Source: a virus. Taken from it: a stretch of 44,202 nucleotides of DNA. The stretch lies in IMG/VR virus record IMGVR_UViG_3300026851_000039, positions 1-44,202 of that record. One strand, 5' to 3'. Position 1 is the stretch's first letter. Each line of letters begins with the position of its first letter. Of the stretch, positions 8,213 to 18,375 are shown piece after piece. The notes beneath the pieces are model-generated. The model saw only the letters and a program-made list of their open reading frames with translations. It searched no databases and was not told where the DNA came from. Both the position numbers and the translations under genes were made by a program.

Positions 8213-8544
8213 ATAGAAAAAAGGCGACCCAAGGGCCGCCCAGTTCCTCCCGGCACGCACCACCACAGCGCTGTCGGGTCGCGGTAAAAAGTAGACGGGC
8301 ACACCACATGCGAACCACCGACTCTTACCGCGCTTTCCAAGATACGGATACCTTGGGTCGCTGCCTTTCTCCACCACAGATAGGGCAGCTGTTGCGCCAG
8401 AGGTGAGCGACGGATCGCTTGCCTCGGCACGGTGCCGGTGTCGGTCTTGCGGACCTCGCCGGCTTTTGGGCCTCTTCAAGCCACGCGACAAATGTATCAC
8501 CACTGCATGTCGCGCGGCACTGGCAACTTACAAGGATTAATGCC

Positions 8545-9063
8545 ATGAGCCGTATCGCTCTGAGTTCAATCGACCGGGCACAGCGGGAAATCCTGCCGCT
8601 CGATCTCGCGCTTTACCATGCTGCTCGGGACTACCCGGGCGGCGCCGCAGCCATCGCTGCCACCACCGGCAGAAACGCTACCACCTTGCAGCACAAGCTG
8701 TCCCCGACCCACCCCGGTCACACCGTGAACATTCAGGAATTCGGCGAGATTCTCGAGCTGACAAAGGATCGCCGGATTCTGGATGCCGTTCATGCCCTGG
8801 TCGGCGACACGATCTGGCAGGAACTGGCAGAGACCTACACCAACGATATGCCCGAAACCCTGACCACTGGCATTGCGGAGTATTTCCGGCAGGTCGCTGA
8901 CCTGGCCGAGACCTGGGCTAAGAGCATTGGTGACGGGGTTGTGAGCGACCAAGAGCTGGCCGCAATTCGTTTGCAGGTATTCCGCGGTATTCAGGGGCTG
9001 CTGGGGTTGTTCAACCGCGCTACCTATGTCAATCAGACAACGCGGGGTGCTGACCTTGGCTGA
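8545..9063 (+). CDS. Phage regulatory CII-family protein
   Basis: YPGGAAAIAA...TTLQHKLSP...DGVVSDQE pattern; AAGGA RBS. Confidence 0.8.
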   Translation: MSRIALSSIDRAQREILPLDLALYHAARDYPGGAAAIAATTGRNATTLQHKLSPTHPGHTVNIQEFGEILELTKDRRILDAVHALVGDTIWQELAETYTNDMPETLTTGIAEYFRQVADLAETWAKSIGDGVVSDQELAAIRLQVFRGIQGLLGLFNRATYVNQTTRGADLG

Positions 9064-9283
9064 TATTGCCGATTTCGCTAACGACCTGGTGCAGGAACGT
9101 ATCGACCAGGCGCTCGCCGCGCGTAACGCCGCCAAACCTGCTTTGGCGGCGCATTCGTTCATGTTCTGTGAGGGATGCGATGAGCCAATCCCGGAAGGAC
9201 GTCGTTTAGCTTCGCCGGGGTGTACCCAGTGCGTGAGTTGCCAGTCCATCGACGAAGCGCGGGAGGCCCGCCATGCTCGATGA
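9056..9283 (+). CDS. TraR/DksA C4 zinc-finger protein
   Basis: ADIADFA N-terminus; CEGC...IPEGRR...CVSCQ; TTG start inferred. Confidence 0.85.
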   Translation: MADIADFANDLVQERIDQALAARNAAKPALAAHSFMFCEGCDEPIPEGRRLASPGCTQCVSCQSIDEAREARHAR

Positions 9284-11489
9284 GGTATTGGGGCAGTTCG
9301 CAGACTATGGTCTTGAGCCCGCGCAGCCGCTGGTTTTCGGCAAGCTGACACGCTGTAAGACCTCGCAGGACAAGGGCAAGGAAAAGAACGGCTGGTACGT
9401 GGTGCACGAACACCGCACGGAGAAAGGCGAGACGCTGATTTTCGGCAGCTTCGGTGACTGGCGCTCGGGCGAGACGCAGAAGATCAAGGTCAAGGCCGGG
9501 CGGATGTCGCCGGAGGAGCGCGAGGTTATGCGCGCTCGGCAGGAAGAGGCCAAGCGCCGCGCCGCCGAGATCGCGGCTAATGCCGCACGTCGGGCGGCTA
9601 AACGGGCGGCGGGTATGTTCAACCGCATGCCGGAAAAGGGGCGCAGCGACTATCTGGATCGCAAACAGATCGTCGGCTTCGGCGTTCGCTATGCGCCGCG
9701 GTCTGGGTCTTTCCTGGTGCCGATGTGCAACGTGCGAGATGAAATCGTGGGCCTGCAGGTGGTCTTTCCATCGAAGCAGGAGGACACCGGCCGGGACAAG
9801 TCCTATTGGCCCTACGGGATGTCGAAGGAGGGAGCGTTTCACTTGATCGGCCCGCATCCAGATCCTGGGGAGCCTGTGCTGGTCTGTGAGGGATACGCTA
9901 CCGGCGCCAGCCTGCATATGGCGACTTCGCTGACGGTCGCCGTCGCGTTCGATGCGGGCAACCTGTTGGTGGTCTGCAAGGCCATGCGCGAGCGCTTTGC
10001 AGGCTGCCCGCTGATCATCTGCCGGGACGATGACTGGAAGACCACCAAGCCGAACGGTGATCCCTGGAACCCCGGTGAGGAAAAGGCCAACAATGCCGCG
10101 CTTATCGTCGGTGGCCAGGTGGTTGCGCCGATCTTTTCCGGCGAGCGGCAAGAGAAGTGGACCGACTTCAATGACCTGCATGTTGCCGAAGGCCTGGAGG
10201 CGGTACGTCGCCAGGTATTGGCGGTGGTCAAGCCACCTGCAGCCGGCGGCTGGAAGGATCTGCTGGCTCGTAGCGAAAGCGGTGCCTTGATCGCGCATAT
10301 GCAGAACGTCGAGCTGATCCTGGCCAATGACGAACGCTGGGCCGGGGTGATCAGTTACAGCGCCTTCAGCTCGAAGATCGTTAAGTTGCGTGCGGCCCCT
10401 TATGGCGGTGGCACGGGCGATTGGGCCGACATCGACGATATGCGTGTCATGAAGTGGCTCGCGCAGCAGTACAACTTGCGGGTCAAGGCGTCCCACGTGA
10501 TCGAGGCGGTCAGTGTGGTTGCCCATGACCATGCCTTTCACCCGGTACGCCAGTACCTGCAAAAGCTGGAGTGGGACCGAGTGCCGCGGCTGGAAAGCTG
10601 GTTGACCGATGTCATGGGCGTGAAGCCCAGTGACTACACGTCCAAGGTCGGCAAGCGCTGGATGCTCTCGGCTGTTGCCAGGGTGATGAAACCCGGCTGT
10701 AAGGCTGACTCGGTGATTATCCTCGAGGGGGCACAGGGGGCCGGTAAGTCAACGGCGATGAGCATCCTCGGCGGCGATTGGTTTATGGACACGCCGTTCG
10801 CCTTGGGCGACAAGGACGGCTTTCAAGCGATCCGTGGTAAGTGGATCGTCGAATTGGGTGAGCTGGACAGTTTCAACAAAGCTGAGTCGACAAAGGCCAA
10901 GCAGTTCTTCTCGGCATCCACCGATACCTATCGCGAGAGCTACGGCCGCAGAACGATGGACGTGCCACGCCAGTGTGTTTTCGTCGGTACGACCAACCAG
11001 GACGAGTATCTGAAGGACGCTACAGGCAACCGACGCTATTGGCCGGTGGCATGCACCAAGGTCGACCTCGAGCTGTTGAGGCAGATTCGCGACCAGCTAT
11101 GGGCCGAGGCGATGTTCTGCTTCGAGGCGGGCGACCTTTGGTGGGTGACGCTGGACGAGGCAGCGATGTTCGGTGACGAGCAGGACGAGCGCTTTGTGGT
11201 GGATGAATGGGAAGGACCGATTTTGACCTGGCTCGAGGAGTCGCAGATCGGTGAAACCACCACCGGCAGCGAGGTGCTGTCCACCGCGCTGAAGCTTGAC
11301 TACGGGCACTGGGGCAAGCCGGAGCAGATCCGGGTCGGCGCGATCATGCACCGGCTGGGTTGGCGACGTGTGCGTTTGCCGGCGTTGGTGAAAAGCGGTA
11401 AGCGACCCTGGGCTTACCAGAAGCCGGCGGGCTGGGGCGGTGCGTCAGCGTTGCAGCGAGAAGCGTTCGAGGAGCCTTGCTTTGATTAA
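9273..11489 (+). CDS. Primase-helicase (Toprim plus VapE-type P-loop helicase)
   Basis: VCEGYATG, DDD and TDFNDL Toprim motifs; EGAQGAGKST Walker A; VGTTN; GNRRYWP. Confidence 0.9.
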   Translation: MLDEVLGQFADYGLEPAQPLVFGKLTRCKTSQDKGKEKNGWYVVHEHRTEKGETLIFGSFGDWRSGETQKIKVKAGRMSPEEREVMRARQEEAKRRAAEIAANAARRAAKRAAGMFNRMPEKGRSDYLDRKQIVGFGVRYAPRSGSFLVPMCNVRDEIVGLQVVFPSKQEDTGRDKSYWPYGMSKEGAFHLIGPHPDPGEPVLVCEGYATGASLHMATSLTVAVAFDAGNLLVVCKAMRERFAGCPLIICRDDDWKTTKPNGDPWNPGEEKANNAALIVGGQVVAPIFSGERQEKWTDFNDLHVAEGLEAVRRQVLAVVKPPAAGGWKDLLARSESGALIAHMQNVELILANDERWAGVISYSAFSSKIVKLRAAPYGGGTGDWADIDDMRVMKWLAQQYNLRVKASHVIEAVSVVAHDHAFHPVRQYLQKLEWDRVPRLESWLTDVMGVKPSDYTSKVGKRWMLSAVARVMKPGCKADSVIILEGAQGAGKSTAMSILGGDWFMDTPFALGDKDGFQAIRGKWIVELGELDSFNKAESTKAKQFFSASTDTYRESYGRRTMDVPRQCVFVGTTNQDEYLKDATGNRRYWPVACTKVDLELLRQIRDQLWAEAMFCFEAGDLWWVTLDEAAMFGDEQDERFVVDEWEGPILTWLEESQIGETTTGSEVLSTALKLDYGHWGKPEQIRVGAIMHRLGWRRVRLPALVKSGKRPWAYQKPAGWGGASALQREAFEEPCFD

Positions 11490-11844
11490 GCGAATCGACG
11501 ACATGCTCAAGCTGTGGGCCGAGGATCTGCACAGCCCGCACGAAGGTGGTTCGGAGCTGGGCGGCGGCAACATGATTGCGATGCTGATGGAGTGCAAGGG
11601 CGAGCTGATACGGGGGACTCGCGGCAGCCGGGTGTTGCTGGACGAGTCGGCGGATATCGAGCTGATCGTGAACAAACATCTGCCTGCGCAGCTGTCGGTT
11701 CTTGTCTGGGAGCACTACTGCAATCACGACAGCTTCCTGTCGCAGAAGATGCTGCATTGCGGATGCAGTGCGCCGACCTACTACCGCCGCTTGCATGAAG
11801 CTCATGTACTGATTGATGGCATGCTGATGGGGAAGGCTGCGTGA
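11482..11844 (+). CDS. Putative late regulator / Q-like antiterminator
   Basis: C-terminal HTH-like CGCSAPTYYRRLHEAH; sits between replication and late genes; TTG start inferred. Confidence 0.6.
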   Translation: MIKRIDDMLKLWAEDLHSPHEGGSELGGGNMIAMLMECKGELIRGTRGSRVLLDESADIELIVNKHLPAQLSVLVWEHYCNHDSFLSQKMLHCGCSAPTYYRRLHEAHVLIDGMLMGKAA

Positions 11845-11869
11845 CCCCAGGCATGACCTCGGCCGTCGC

Positions 11870-12144
11870 TGTCCCATTGGCCCGCCTTGTCCCATTGTGT
11901 TTTGACATGATGGGACAAGCGCGGGCCTTGTGTTTGTTGGCGTGTCCCATTGTCCCATCAGAAACACCGCCCGCCCGCATGAGCGGAGCGCAGACCTGTA
12001 CGCGCTATCGCGCGCATGCGTGTTTTTAGATTTTCTTCTTTACACGAGAAAAAGAGGAAATAGATAGGACAATGGGGCAGAGCCCCGAATTTAGGCGCTC
12101 TCAGGAGTCCCATACTCAGGTTGAGGTATGGGACATATGAGACA
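11870..12144. repeat. Iteron cluster (TGTCCCAT / ATGGGACA), putative replication origin
   Basis: Exact copies at 11870, 11888, 11943, 11951 (direct) and 11910, 12128 (inverted); 1-mismatch copies at 12064, 12072, 12106, 12137; AT-rich spacer at about 12021-12062. Confidence 0.65.
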
Positions 12145-12326
12145 CCGCCGAAGCAACAGAATGCCGTGGGTAGATATTCGCCGACATTCGCTAGACGTTC
12201 ACCCGGTGTTGCCCACTTATTCACCGGGTGGCATTAAAGTGGGGTTGCTGCCATGAGAATCGACCTGTAAAAAGTAGCCATCTTCGATAGGTGCGACCGC
12301 AGAGAGCGGCAGACACCACACTCACC

Positions 12327-12352
12327 AAACCCGGCCCTTGTGCCGGGTTTTT
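12327..12352 (+). terminator. Intrinsic terminator in the late leader (tR'-like)
   Basis: AAACCCGGC-ccttgt-GCCGGGTTTTT just upstream of the holin. Confidence 0.65.
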
Positions 12353-12371
12353 GCGTTTAAGGGGCAGGGGA

Positions 12372-12719
12372 ATGACGAACGAGCAGCAAACGCTGGTGGA
12401 CATGCCGATCTGGATGCTGATTGTCCTTTCACTGGTCGGCGGTGTTTCCGGGGAGATGTGGCGAGCCGACAAGGCAGGCGCTCGAGGCTGGTCCTTGATT
12501 CGCCGCCTGGCATTGAGGTCGGGGGCCTGTGTGGTCTGCGGGCTTGGCACCATCATGCTGTTGCACGCCGCCGGGGTCTCGATCCTGGCAGCAGGCGGGA
12601 TCGGATGCCTCACGGCAATGGCCGGTGCCGATGTTGCCATCGGGCTGTACGAACGCTGGGCCGCAAAACGGCTGGGCCTCGGGCAGGTGCCGCCGACCAG
12701 CAGCGAGGCGGGGCAATGA
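12372..12719 (+). CDS. Holin (Pseudomonas pyocin/phage type)
   Basis: Three hydrophobic segments; GGVSGEMWRADK and AMAGADVAIGLYERWAAKRLG motifs. Confidence 0.85.
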   Translation: MTNEQQTLVDMPIWMLIVLSLVGGVSGEMWRADKAGARGWSLIRRLALRSGACVVCGLGTIMLLHAAGVSILAAGGIGCLTAMAGADVAIGLYERWAAKRLGLGQVPPTSSEAGQ

Positions 12720-12849
12720 CCCGGCCAGGGGGAGGGGGCCGATTTTCTGGGTCCTCCCCCTGGCCCGCCCCCTACACGGGTGCGCAGACTCGCGGGTTCC
12801 CTGCAGCTGAGATTTCGGCAGGGATGTCCGTCTTTTCAAGGACTTAGCA
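12720..12849. other. Candidate cos/packaging site
   Basis: GC-rich non-coding gap with imperfect dyad (GGCCAGGGGGAGG...CCTCCCCCTGGCC) directly upstream of the Nu1-like gene. Confidence 0.4.
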
Positions 12850-13371
12850 ATGGGGATGACAGTCAGCAAGGTCGAGCTCGGCGAGATCGTCGGTCGAGAC
12901 GAACGCACGTTGAGCCGGTGGCAGAAGGAAGGCATGCCGGTGATCGAGTTCGGTGTTGGGCGCGGCAACGAAAACCAGTACGACACCCAGGCGGTGATCG
13001 AATGGCTGATGCGCCAGGCCGCATTGAACGGCAAGAAAGAATCCACCCGCGACCGACTCGACAGGCTGCGCGGAGATCGCGAGGAACTGGCGTTGGCCAA
13101 GGACCTGGGCGAAGTCGTGATCGAAGCCGAGATGGTCGAGCGCTTCGAAGCGGTGATCACCGCGGCCAAGATCGAGCTGCTGAATACCTTCCCTGATGAG
13201 CTGGCGGCAACCCTGTCCGCCCAGTACGGCGTGCAGGTCGACGACCAACTGATCCGCGATCCCATCGAATCAATACTGAGGAGGTTGTCCGCGTATGACG
13301 AGGATGACGATCTCGCTGGGGATCCTGACGAGCCGGACGACGAGGAGGGCTCTGAGGAAGACGGCGAGTAA
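12850..13371 (+). CDS. Terminase small subunit (Nu1-like)
   Basis: VSKVELGEIVGRDERTLSRWQKEGMP winged HTH; YDTQAVIEW. Confidence 0.9.
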   Translation: MGMTVSKVELGEIVGRDERTLSRWQKEGMPVIEFGVGRGNENQYDTQAVIEWLMRQAALNGKKESTRDRLDRLRGDREELALAKDLGEVVIEAEMVERFEAVITAAKIELLNTFPDELAATLSAQYGVQVDDQLIRDPIESILRRLSAYDEDDDLAGDPDEPDDEEGSEEDGE

Positions 13372-15301
13372 AGCGATGGGCCGGGTCTGCCGCAAGTGGG
13401 CGCCGCCACCGCGCATGAGCATCATCGAGTGGGCGGACAAGTTCCGCTGGCTCGCGCCGGAAGAAACGGCACGTCCCGGCAAATACAGGTTCGACGTGAC
13501 GCCGCACCTGACTTGGCCCGGCGGCCCGCTGGAGGCGCTGGACGATCCGACCGTCAGTGAGATTGTGGGCCGTAAGTCGGCGCAGGTGGCCTGGACGTCG
13601 GGCGTGCTGGGCAATGCCCTGGGCAAGTGGATCGACCTCGATCCTTCGCCAATCCTGGTGTTGTTCCCCAAGGCCGAAGCAGCCAAGCAGTATGTCGGCG
13701 AGAAGCTCGAGCCGATGATCGAGGCCACGCCGCGGCTGCGCAAGAAAGTTGACCTGCGCAGCCGCAAGCTGCAGCAGCGCCAAGACTTCAAGCGGTTTCC
13801 CGGCGGCTTCCTCAAGATGGTCGGCTCCAACAGCCCGGCCAGTGTGAAGTCGACGCCGGTACCACGGGTCGCCATCGAAGAGCCCGACGACTGCAACCTG
13901 AACCTGCGGGGGCAGGGGGACAGCATCAAGCTGGCCAAGGAGCGCCTCAAGACGTTCCGGCGGTCGAAGATCATCATCGGCGGCACCCCGACCATCAAGG
14001 GGCTGTCCGCGATCGATGCTGAGTTGGAACTGTCGGACAAGCGTGTGGGCCTGGTCCCGTGCCACGGCTGCGGCCAGGCGCATGCGCTGAGCTTCGACCA
14101 CCTGCACTGCGACGAGGACGAGCACTACTTCCACGAGGTGTACGGCAAGCGCCGCCCGGAAACGGCGTACTACGCATGCCCTCACTGCGGCGAGATCTGG
14201 GATGACCACCAGAAGAACGCCAACCTCAAGCGTGGGCGCTGGGAGGCAACTGCCGAGTTCCGCGGCATCGCCGGCTACATCCTCAACGAGCTGTATGCCA
14301 CGTTCCATGGCTCGCGTTTCGAAGTGCTGATGGAGAAGAAGCTGCAGGCCGAACACGCGGCGTCGCTGGGCAACATCGGCCCGATGATCGCCTTCACCAA
14401 CAGCTCGATGGGCGAGAGCTACGAGTACAAGAACAACGCGCCGAAAACGGACGAACTGGAGAAGCGTGCCGAACCCTACGCCGAGTTGACTGCCCCGAAG
14501 GGCACGCTGCTGGTCACGGTCGGCGTCGACGTCCAGGGCGATCGCCTCGCCCTAGTCATCGTGGGTTGGGGGCGAGGGGAGGAGTCCTGGCGGTTGTACT
14601 GGGGCGAGCTGCCCGGCAACCCGATCGACCCGAATGACGGGGTGTGGACCGAGCTGGACAGGATCATCGCCACGCCGATCCCCACCGAGAGCGGTGCGCA
14701 ACTGGCCGTGTCGGCGGTCAGCATCGACAGCTCCGACGGTAACACCAGCGATGCGGTGTACACCTACGTGCGGGATCGCCAGCGCTTCAACATCATGGCG
14801 ATCAAGGGCGCGTCCATCGACAGCCGGGACCGGGAGATCTTCACCAAGCCGGCCCAGTCGGCGGATACCAGTCAGGACAACACCAAGGCAGCCAGGTATG
14901 GCCTGCGCGTATTCATCGTCGGTACCCACAAGGCCAAGACGCTGATCGATGGCCGGATGCGCCTCAAGGGCAGCGGGCCAGGGCGCATGCACTGGTACAG
15001 CGAGATCCGCGCGGACTACTACGAGCAGGTGACCAACGAAGTCTTGGCGCCGCACCCGCGCAACCCCAGCAAGATGGTCTGGCAGAAGAAGGCCGGCCGG
15101 CGCAACGAGGCACTGGACTGCGAGGTGTATGCCTTGCACGCCGCCCGAAGCCTGAAGACCCATCTGCTGCGCGACAACGAATGGGACCAGCTGGAGCAGC
15201 AATTGCTTCAGCCCACCCTCTTCACTACTGAACAGGCGGTGGCGCCGATTCCTCGTCGTGCGGTTTCGCGCGGCAGAGGCACCCGGAGCCGCGTCAGCTA
15301 A
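13295..15301 (+). CDS. Terminase large subunit (lambda GpA family); start uncertain (13295-13376)
   Basis: KSAQVAWT, GGTPT, CHGC/CPHC zinc motif, GVDVQ, RNEALDCEVYA. Confidence 0.93.
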   Translation: MTRMTISLGILTSRTTRRALRKTASKAMGRVCRKWAPPPRMSIIEWADKFRWLAPEETARPGKYRFDVTPHLTWPGGPLEALDDPTVSEIVGRKSAQVAWTSGVLGNALGKWIDLDPSPILVLFPKAEAAKQYVGEKLEPMIEATPRLRKKVDLRSRKLQQRQDFKRFPGGFLKMVGSNSPASVKSTPVPRVAIEEPDDCNLNLRGQGDSIKLAKERLKTFRRSKIIIGGTPTIKGLSAIDAELELSDKRVGLVPCHGCGQAHALSFDHLHCDEDEHYFHEVYGKRRPETAYYACPHCGEIWDDHQKNANLKRGRWEATAEFRGIAGYILNELYATFHGSRFEVLMEKKLQAEHAASLGNIGPMIAFTNSSMGESYEYKNNAPKTDELEKRAEPYAELTAPKGTLLVTVGVDVQGDRLALVIVGWGRGEESWRLYWGELPGNPIDPNDGVWTELDRIIATPIPTESGAQLAVSAVSIDSSDGNTSDAVYTYVRDRQRFNIMAIKGASIDSRDREIFTKPAQSADTSQDNTKAARYGLRVFIVGTHKAKTLIDGRMRLKGSGPGRMHWYSEIRADYYEQVTNEVLAPHPRNPSKMVWQKKAGRRNEALDCEVYALHAARSLKTHLLRDNEWDQLEQQLLQPTLFTTEQAVAPIPRRAVSRGRGTRSRVS

Positions 15302-15313
15302 CCGAGGTTCACC

Positions 15314-15529
15314 ATGACAGATGCACAACAACGCCTTGCCGAAGTCCGGGCGGCGATCTCGCGCGTCCTGAAGAACGGCCAGCGGCTGCGTCGGCAGGAT
15401 CGCGAGGTCCAGCTGGCCGAGCTCAACAGCTTGCGCTTGCTGGAGAAACAGTACGCCGAAGAGGTCGCCGCAGAGCAGGCAACGCTTCAGGGTCGGGGCC
15501 GTAACCGCATTTCCTACATGGGGCTCTGA
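15314..15529 (+). CDS. Head-tail joining protein (gpW-like)
   Basis: Small helical protein between terminase and portal; GAGG RBS. Confidence 0.7.
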   Translation: MTDAQQRLAEVRAAISRVLKNGQRLRRQDREVQLAELNSLRLLEKQYAEEVAAEQATLQGRGRNRISYMGL

Positions 15530-15531
15530 CC

Positions 15532-17139
15532 ATGTGGCCGTTCCGTAAACAGGAATCGGCTGCCGAGCAGCTGATGACCGAAGCGATCCGCGTGGCCAGG
15601 GCATCGGTGGATGGGCAACAGATCGTCGCCCAGGGTGGCGGCGGTGGGGTTGAAACCCGCTGGCGCGGTGCGTCGCGGGTGTTGCGCAGCGTAGCCAGCT
15701 GGCTGCCTGGCCTCGGCAGCCCACGGCGCGACTTCAATCAGAGCGAGCGCCGCATGCTGGTGGCGCGCTCGCGTGATGCCATGCGTAACCACCTGGTGGC
15801 CCGCGCGGCCATCACGCGGCTGCGCACCAACGTCGTGGGCACGGGGCTGGTCTGCCGCGCCCAGGTCGACCATGAAGCACTGGGGCTGACCGAGGAGGAG
15901 GCCGAACAGCTCAACGCTAAGCTGGACCGGTTGTGGTCGCTGTATGCCGATGACCCGAGGGAGTGCGACGCCGAAGCGACACTCAACCATTACCAGCTGC
16001 AAGCCCTGGTGCTGGTGTCGTCGATGGTGGCGGGAGACGTGTTCGTGGCCAGCCCGGACCAGGAGCGTCCCGGTTGCATCTTCAGCACACGACTGCAGCT
16101 GATCGAGTCCGACCGTGTCGGCAACCCGAACGGCAGTATGGATCGCGTAGACCTGGTGGAAGGGGTCGAGTTCGACGGGCTGGGTTCGCCTGTGGCGTAC
16201 CACGTATGTTCCGGCTACCCCGGTGAGCATCTGGCGGGTAAGACGCTGCATTGGGAGCGGCTGACCGTGTTTGGTGCTGAGACTGGGCGGCGTCGCGTGC
16301 TACACGTCATGGCCGACAAGGAGCGGCCTGGGCAGAAGCGCGGAGTACCGTACCTGTCCCCGGTGCTGGAGCCCTTGCAGAAGCTGGAGCGCTACAGCAG
16401 CGCCGAGCTGATGGCGGCGGTGATCTCGGCGATGTTCACCGTGTTCATCAAGAAGAGCAGTGACTTCAGTACCGGCAACCTGCCGATGTCGGCTCTGACT
16501 GAAGAACAGCCTGGAGGTGATGACACCTCTGACGGCACGCTCGCCCTGGGTGAGGGCGCGATCGTGGACCTCGGCGTGGGTGAGGAGCCGATGGTGGCCA
16601 ACCCCGGCCGCCCAAACGCCCAGTTCGACCCGTTCTTCACCGCGGTGGTGAAGGAGATCGGCGCGGCACTGGAACTGCCGCTGGAAGAGCTGCTGTTGCA
16701 CTACAGCAGCAGCTACAGCGCCGCCCGTGCCGCGATGCTCCAGGCCTGGCGCTTCTACAGCTTGCGCCGCTGGTGGCTGGCCTGCGACTTCTGCCAACCG
16801 AGCCGCGAACTGGTCATCGATGAGGCTGTGGCCAGGGGGTTGATCGACCTGCCCGGATACAACGCTCCGGCCAGGCGCAAAGCCTATTGCCAAGCCATCT
16901 GGATCGGCCCGGCGCGCGGGGCCATCGATGAGCTGAAAGAGGCCAACGCTGCCGGCAAGCGTATCGAGATCGGCGTAAGCAACGAAACGCTGGAGACAGC
17001 GGCGATGACCGGCGAGCCCTGGCAGCAAGTGATCCGTCAGCGTACCCGCGAGGTCGCCTACCGCCGCGAGCACAACATGCAGGCGCTGCCCAAGGGCGGG
17101 CTCGAAACCCCGCCTGACCCCAAACCCGAAGAGGAATAG
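15532..17139 (+). CDS. Portal protein (lambda family)
   Basis: RSRDAMRN, VVGTGL, RPGQKRGVPYL, SSYSAARAAM, IDELKE. Confidence 0.93.
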   Translation: MWPFRKQESAAEQLMTEAIRVARASVDGQQIVAQGGGGGVETRWRGASRVLRSVASWLPGLGSPRRDFNQSERRMLVARSRDAMRNHLVARAAITRLRTNVVGTGLVCRAQVDHEALGLTEEEAEQLNAKLDRLWSLYADDPRECDAEATLNHYQLQALVLVSSMVAGDVFVASPDQERPGCIFSTRLQLIESDRVGNPNGSMDRVDLVEGVEFDGLGSPVAYHVCSGYPGEHLAGKTLHWERLTVFGAETGRRRVLHVMADKERPGQKRGVPYLSPVLEPLQKLERYSSAELMAAVISAMFTVFIKKSSDFSTGNLPMSALTEEQPGGDDTSDGTLALGEGAIVDLGVGEEPMVANPGRPNAQFDPFFTAVVKEIGAALELPLEELLLHYSSSYSAARAAMLQAWRFYSLRRWWLACDFCQPSRELVIDEAVARGLIDLPGYNAPARRKAYCQAIWIGPARGAIDELKEANAAGKRIEIGVSNETLETAAMTGEPWQQVIRQRTREVAYRREHNMQALPKGGLETPPDPKPEEE

Positions 17140-17141
17140 AA

Positions 17142-18362
17142 ATGCCTCGAGCTCTTGAGCTGGCTGCCTCGCAGCCCTGGCTGATGCTGCCCGACGCCTT
17201 GGATAACCTGCTGACCATCTCTGACCGCATGGGCGATCCGATGGCGCTGGCGACCAAGCGCGGCGAGCAGTTGGAGGACACCCGCAGGGTGACCATGCGC
17301 AACGGCGTGGCAGTGGTGCCGGTCGTTGGGCCGATCTTCCGCTACGCGAACCTGTTCACCGAGATCAGTGGTGCGACCAGCACGCAGATCTTGGCCACGG
17401 ACATTCAGCGAGCGCTGGATGATCCCAAGGTCAGGTCGATCGTACTCAACATCGACAGCCCCGGTGGGGTCGCGTCGGGCATCAACGAGCTGGCCGAGAT
17501 GATCTACGCCGGCCGCGCGCGCAAGCGCATCGTCGCGTACATCGGCGGGATCGGGGCCAGTGCGGCCTACTGGATCGCCTCGGCGGCCAGCGAAATTGTC
17601 ATCGACGAGGCCAGCCTGGCCGGCAGCATCGGCGTCGTTGTTGAGGCGGTAGTCGAGAACGAGAAGGTGAGCGGGCGGACCCGTTACCAAATCGTCAGCC
17701 GCAATGCCCCCAACAAGCGCCCGGACCTCAACACCGAGGAAGGCCGGGCGAAGCTGGGCGAGACCATCGACGCCCTGGGCGAAGTCTTCGTGGGCAAGGT
17801 TGCCCGCAACCTCGGCGTGACTGCCGAGAAGGTGCCCGAGATGGGCGATCACGGCGGGATCCGCGTCGGTGCTGATGCCGTCAAGCACGGCCTGGCCCAT
17901 CGCGTGGGCTCGCTGGAATCCCTGATTACTGAACTGGCCAAGCCGGCCCTCAACTCCCCAAGGATACACACCATGACCACCGTCACTACCACGGCAGAAC
18001 TGCGCACGGCGATTGCAGCTGGCACCGACCCCAACACCATCGAGATCGCTCAGGCGGCCCAGCCTGACACCGCGGCGATCCGCACCGAGGCTGCCACCGC
18101 CGAGCGTGAGCGCATCAAGGGCATCAACGCCCTGGCCGCCAAAGGCTTCGAGAAGGAAGTCGGGGCTGCCATCGACGATGGCAGCTCTGTAGAAGCCACC
18201 GCCCTGGTGCTGTTCAAGGCGGCCCAGGACCGCGGTATCTCGCTGGCTGCCATCAAGGGCGATGCCCAAGGCGTCACCAGCGCTACCCCACCCGCAGGCG
18301 GCAAGGAAGGTGAGCGTAAGGCCGCCGTCAGCGCAATCGTTGCAGGCGCCTCGCGCCGCTAA
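17142..18362 (+). CDS. Capsid maturation protease, S49 family (gpC-like)
   Basis: LNIDSPGG, ASAAYWIASAA, GSIGVV. Confidence 0.92.
   Translation: MPRALELAASQPWLMLPDALDNLLTISDRMGDPMALATKRGEQLEDTRRVTMRNGVAVVPVVGPIFRYANLFTEISGATSTQILATDIQRALDDPKVRSIVLNIDSPGGVASGINELAEMIYAGRARKRIVAYIGGIGASAAYWIASAASEIVIDEASLAGSIGVVVEAVVENEKVSGRTRYQIVSRNAPNKRPDLNTEEGRAKLGETIDALGEVFVGKVARNLGVTAEKVPEMGDHGGIRVGADAVKHGLAHRVGSLESLITELAKPALNSPRIHTMTTVTTTAELRTAIAAGTDPNTIEIAQAAQPDTAAIRTEAATAERERIKGINALAAKGFEKEVGAAIDDGSSVEATALVLFKAAQDRGISLAAIKGDAQGVTSATPPAGGKEGERKAAVSAIVAGASRR
17973..18362 (+). CDS. Nested in-frame scaffold protein (Nu3-like)
   Basis: Internal in-frame ATG with AAGGA RBS; Ala-rich AERERIKGI segment; same arrangement as lambda C/Nu3. 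Confidence 0.65.
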   Translation: MTTVTTTAELRTAIAAGTDPNTIEIAQAAQPDTAAIRTEAATAERERIKGINALAAKGFEKEVGAAIDDGSSVEATALVLFKAAQDRGISLAAIKGDAQGVTSATPPAGGKEGERKAAVSAIVAGASRR

Positions 18363-18375
18363 TTAGGAGCCCCAC

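Noticed and set aside
11870..12144. CRISPR array
   Set aside because: Repeats are 8 bp, irregularly spaced and in both orientations; no cas genes
11841..12224. Short ORFs in the iteron region
   Set aside because: Translations reflect the repeats; the region is better explained as a non-coding origin/promoter
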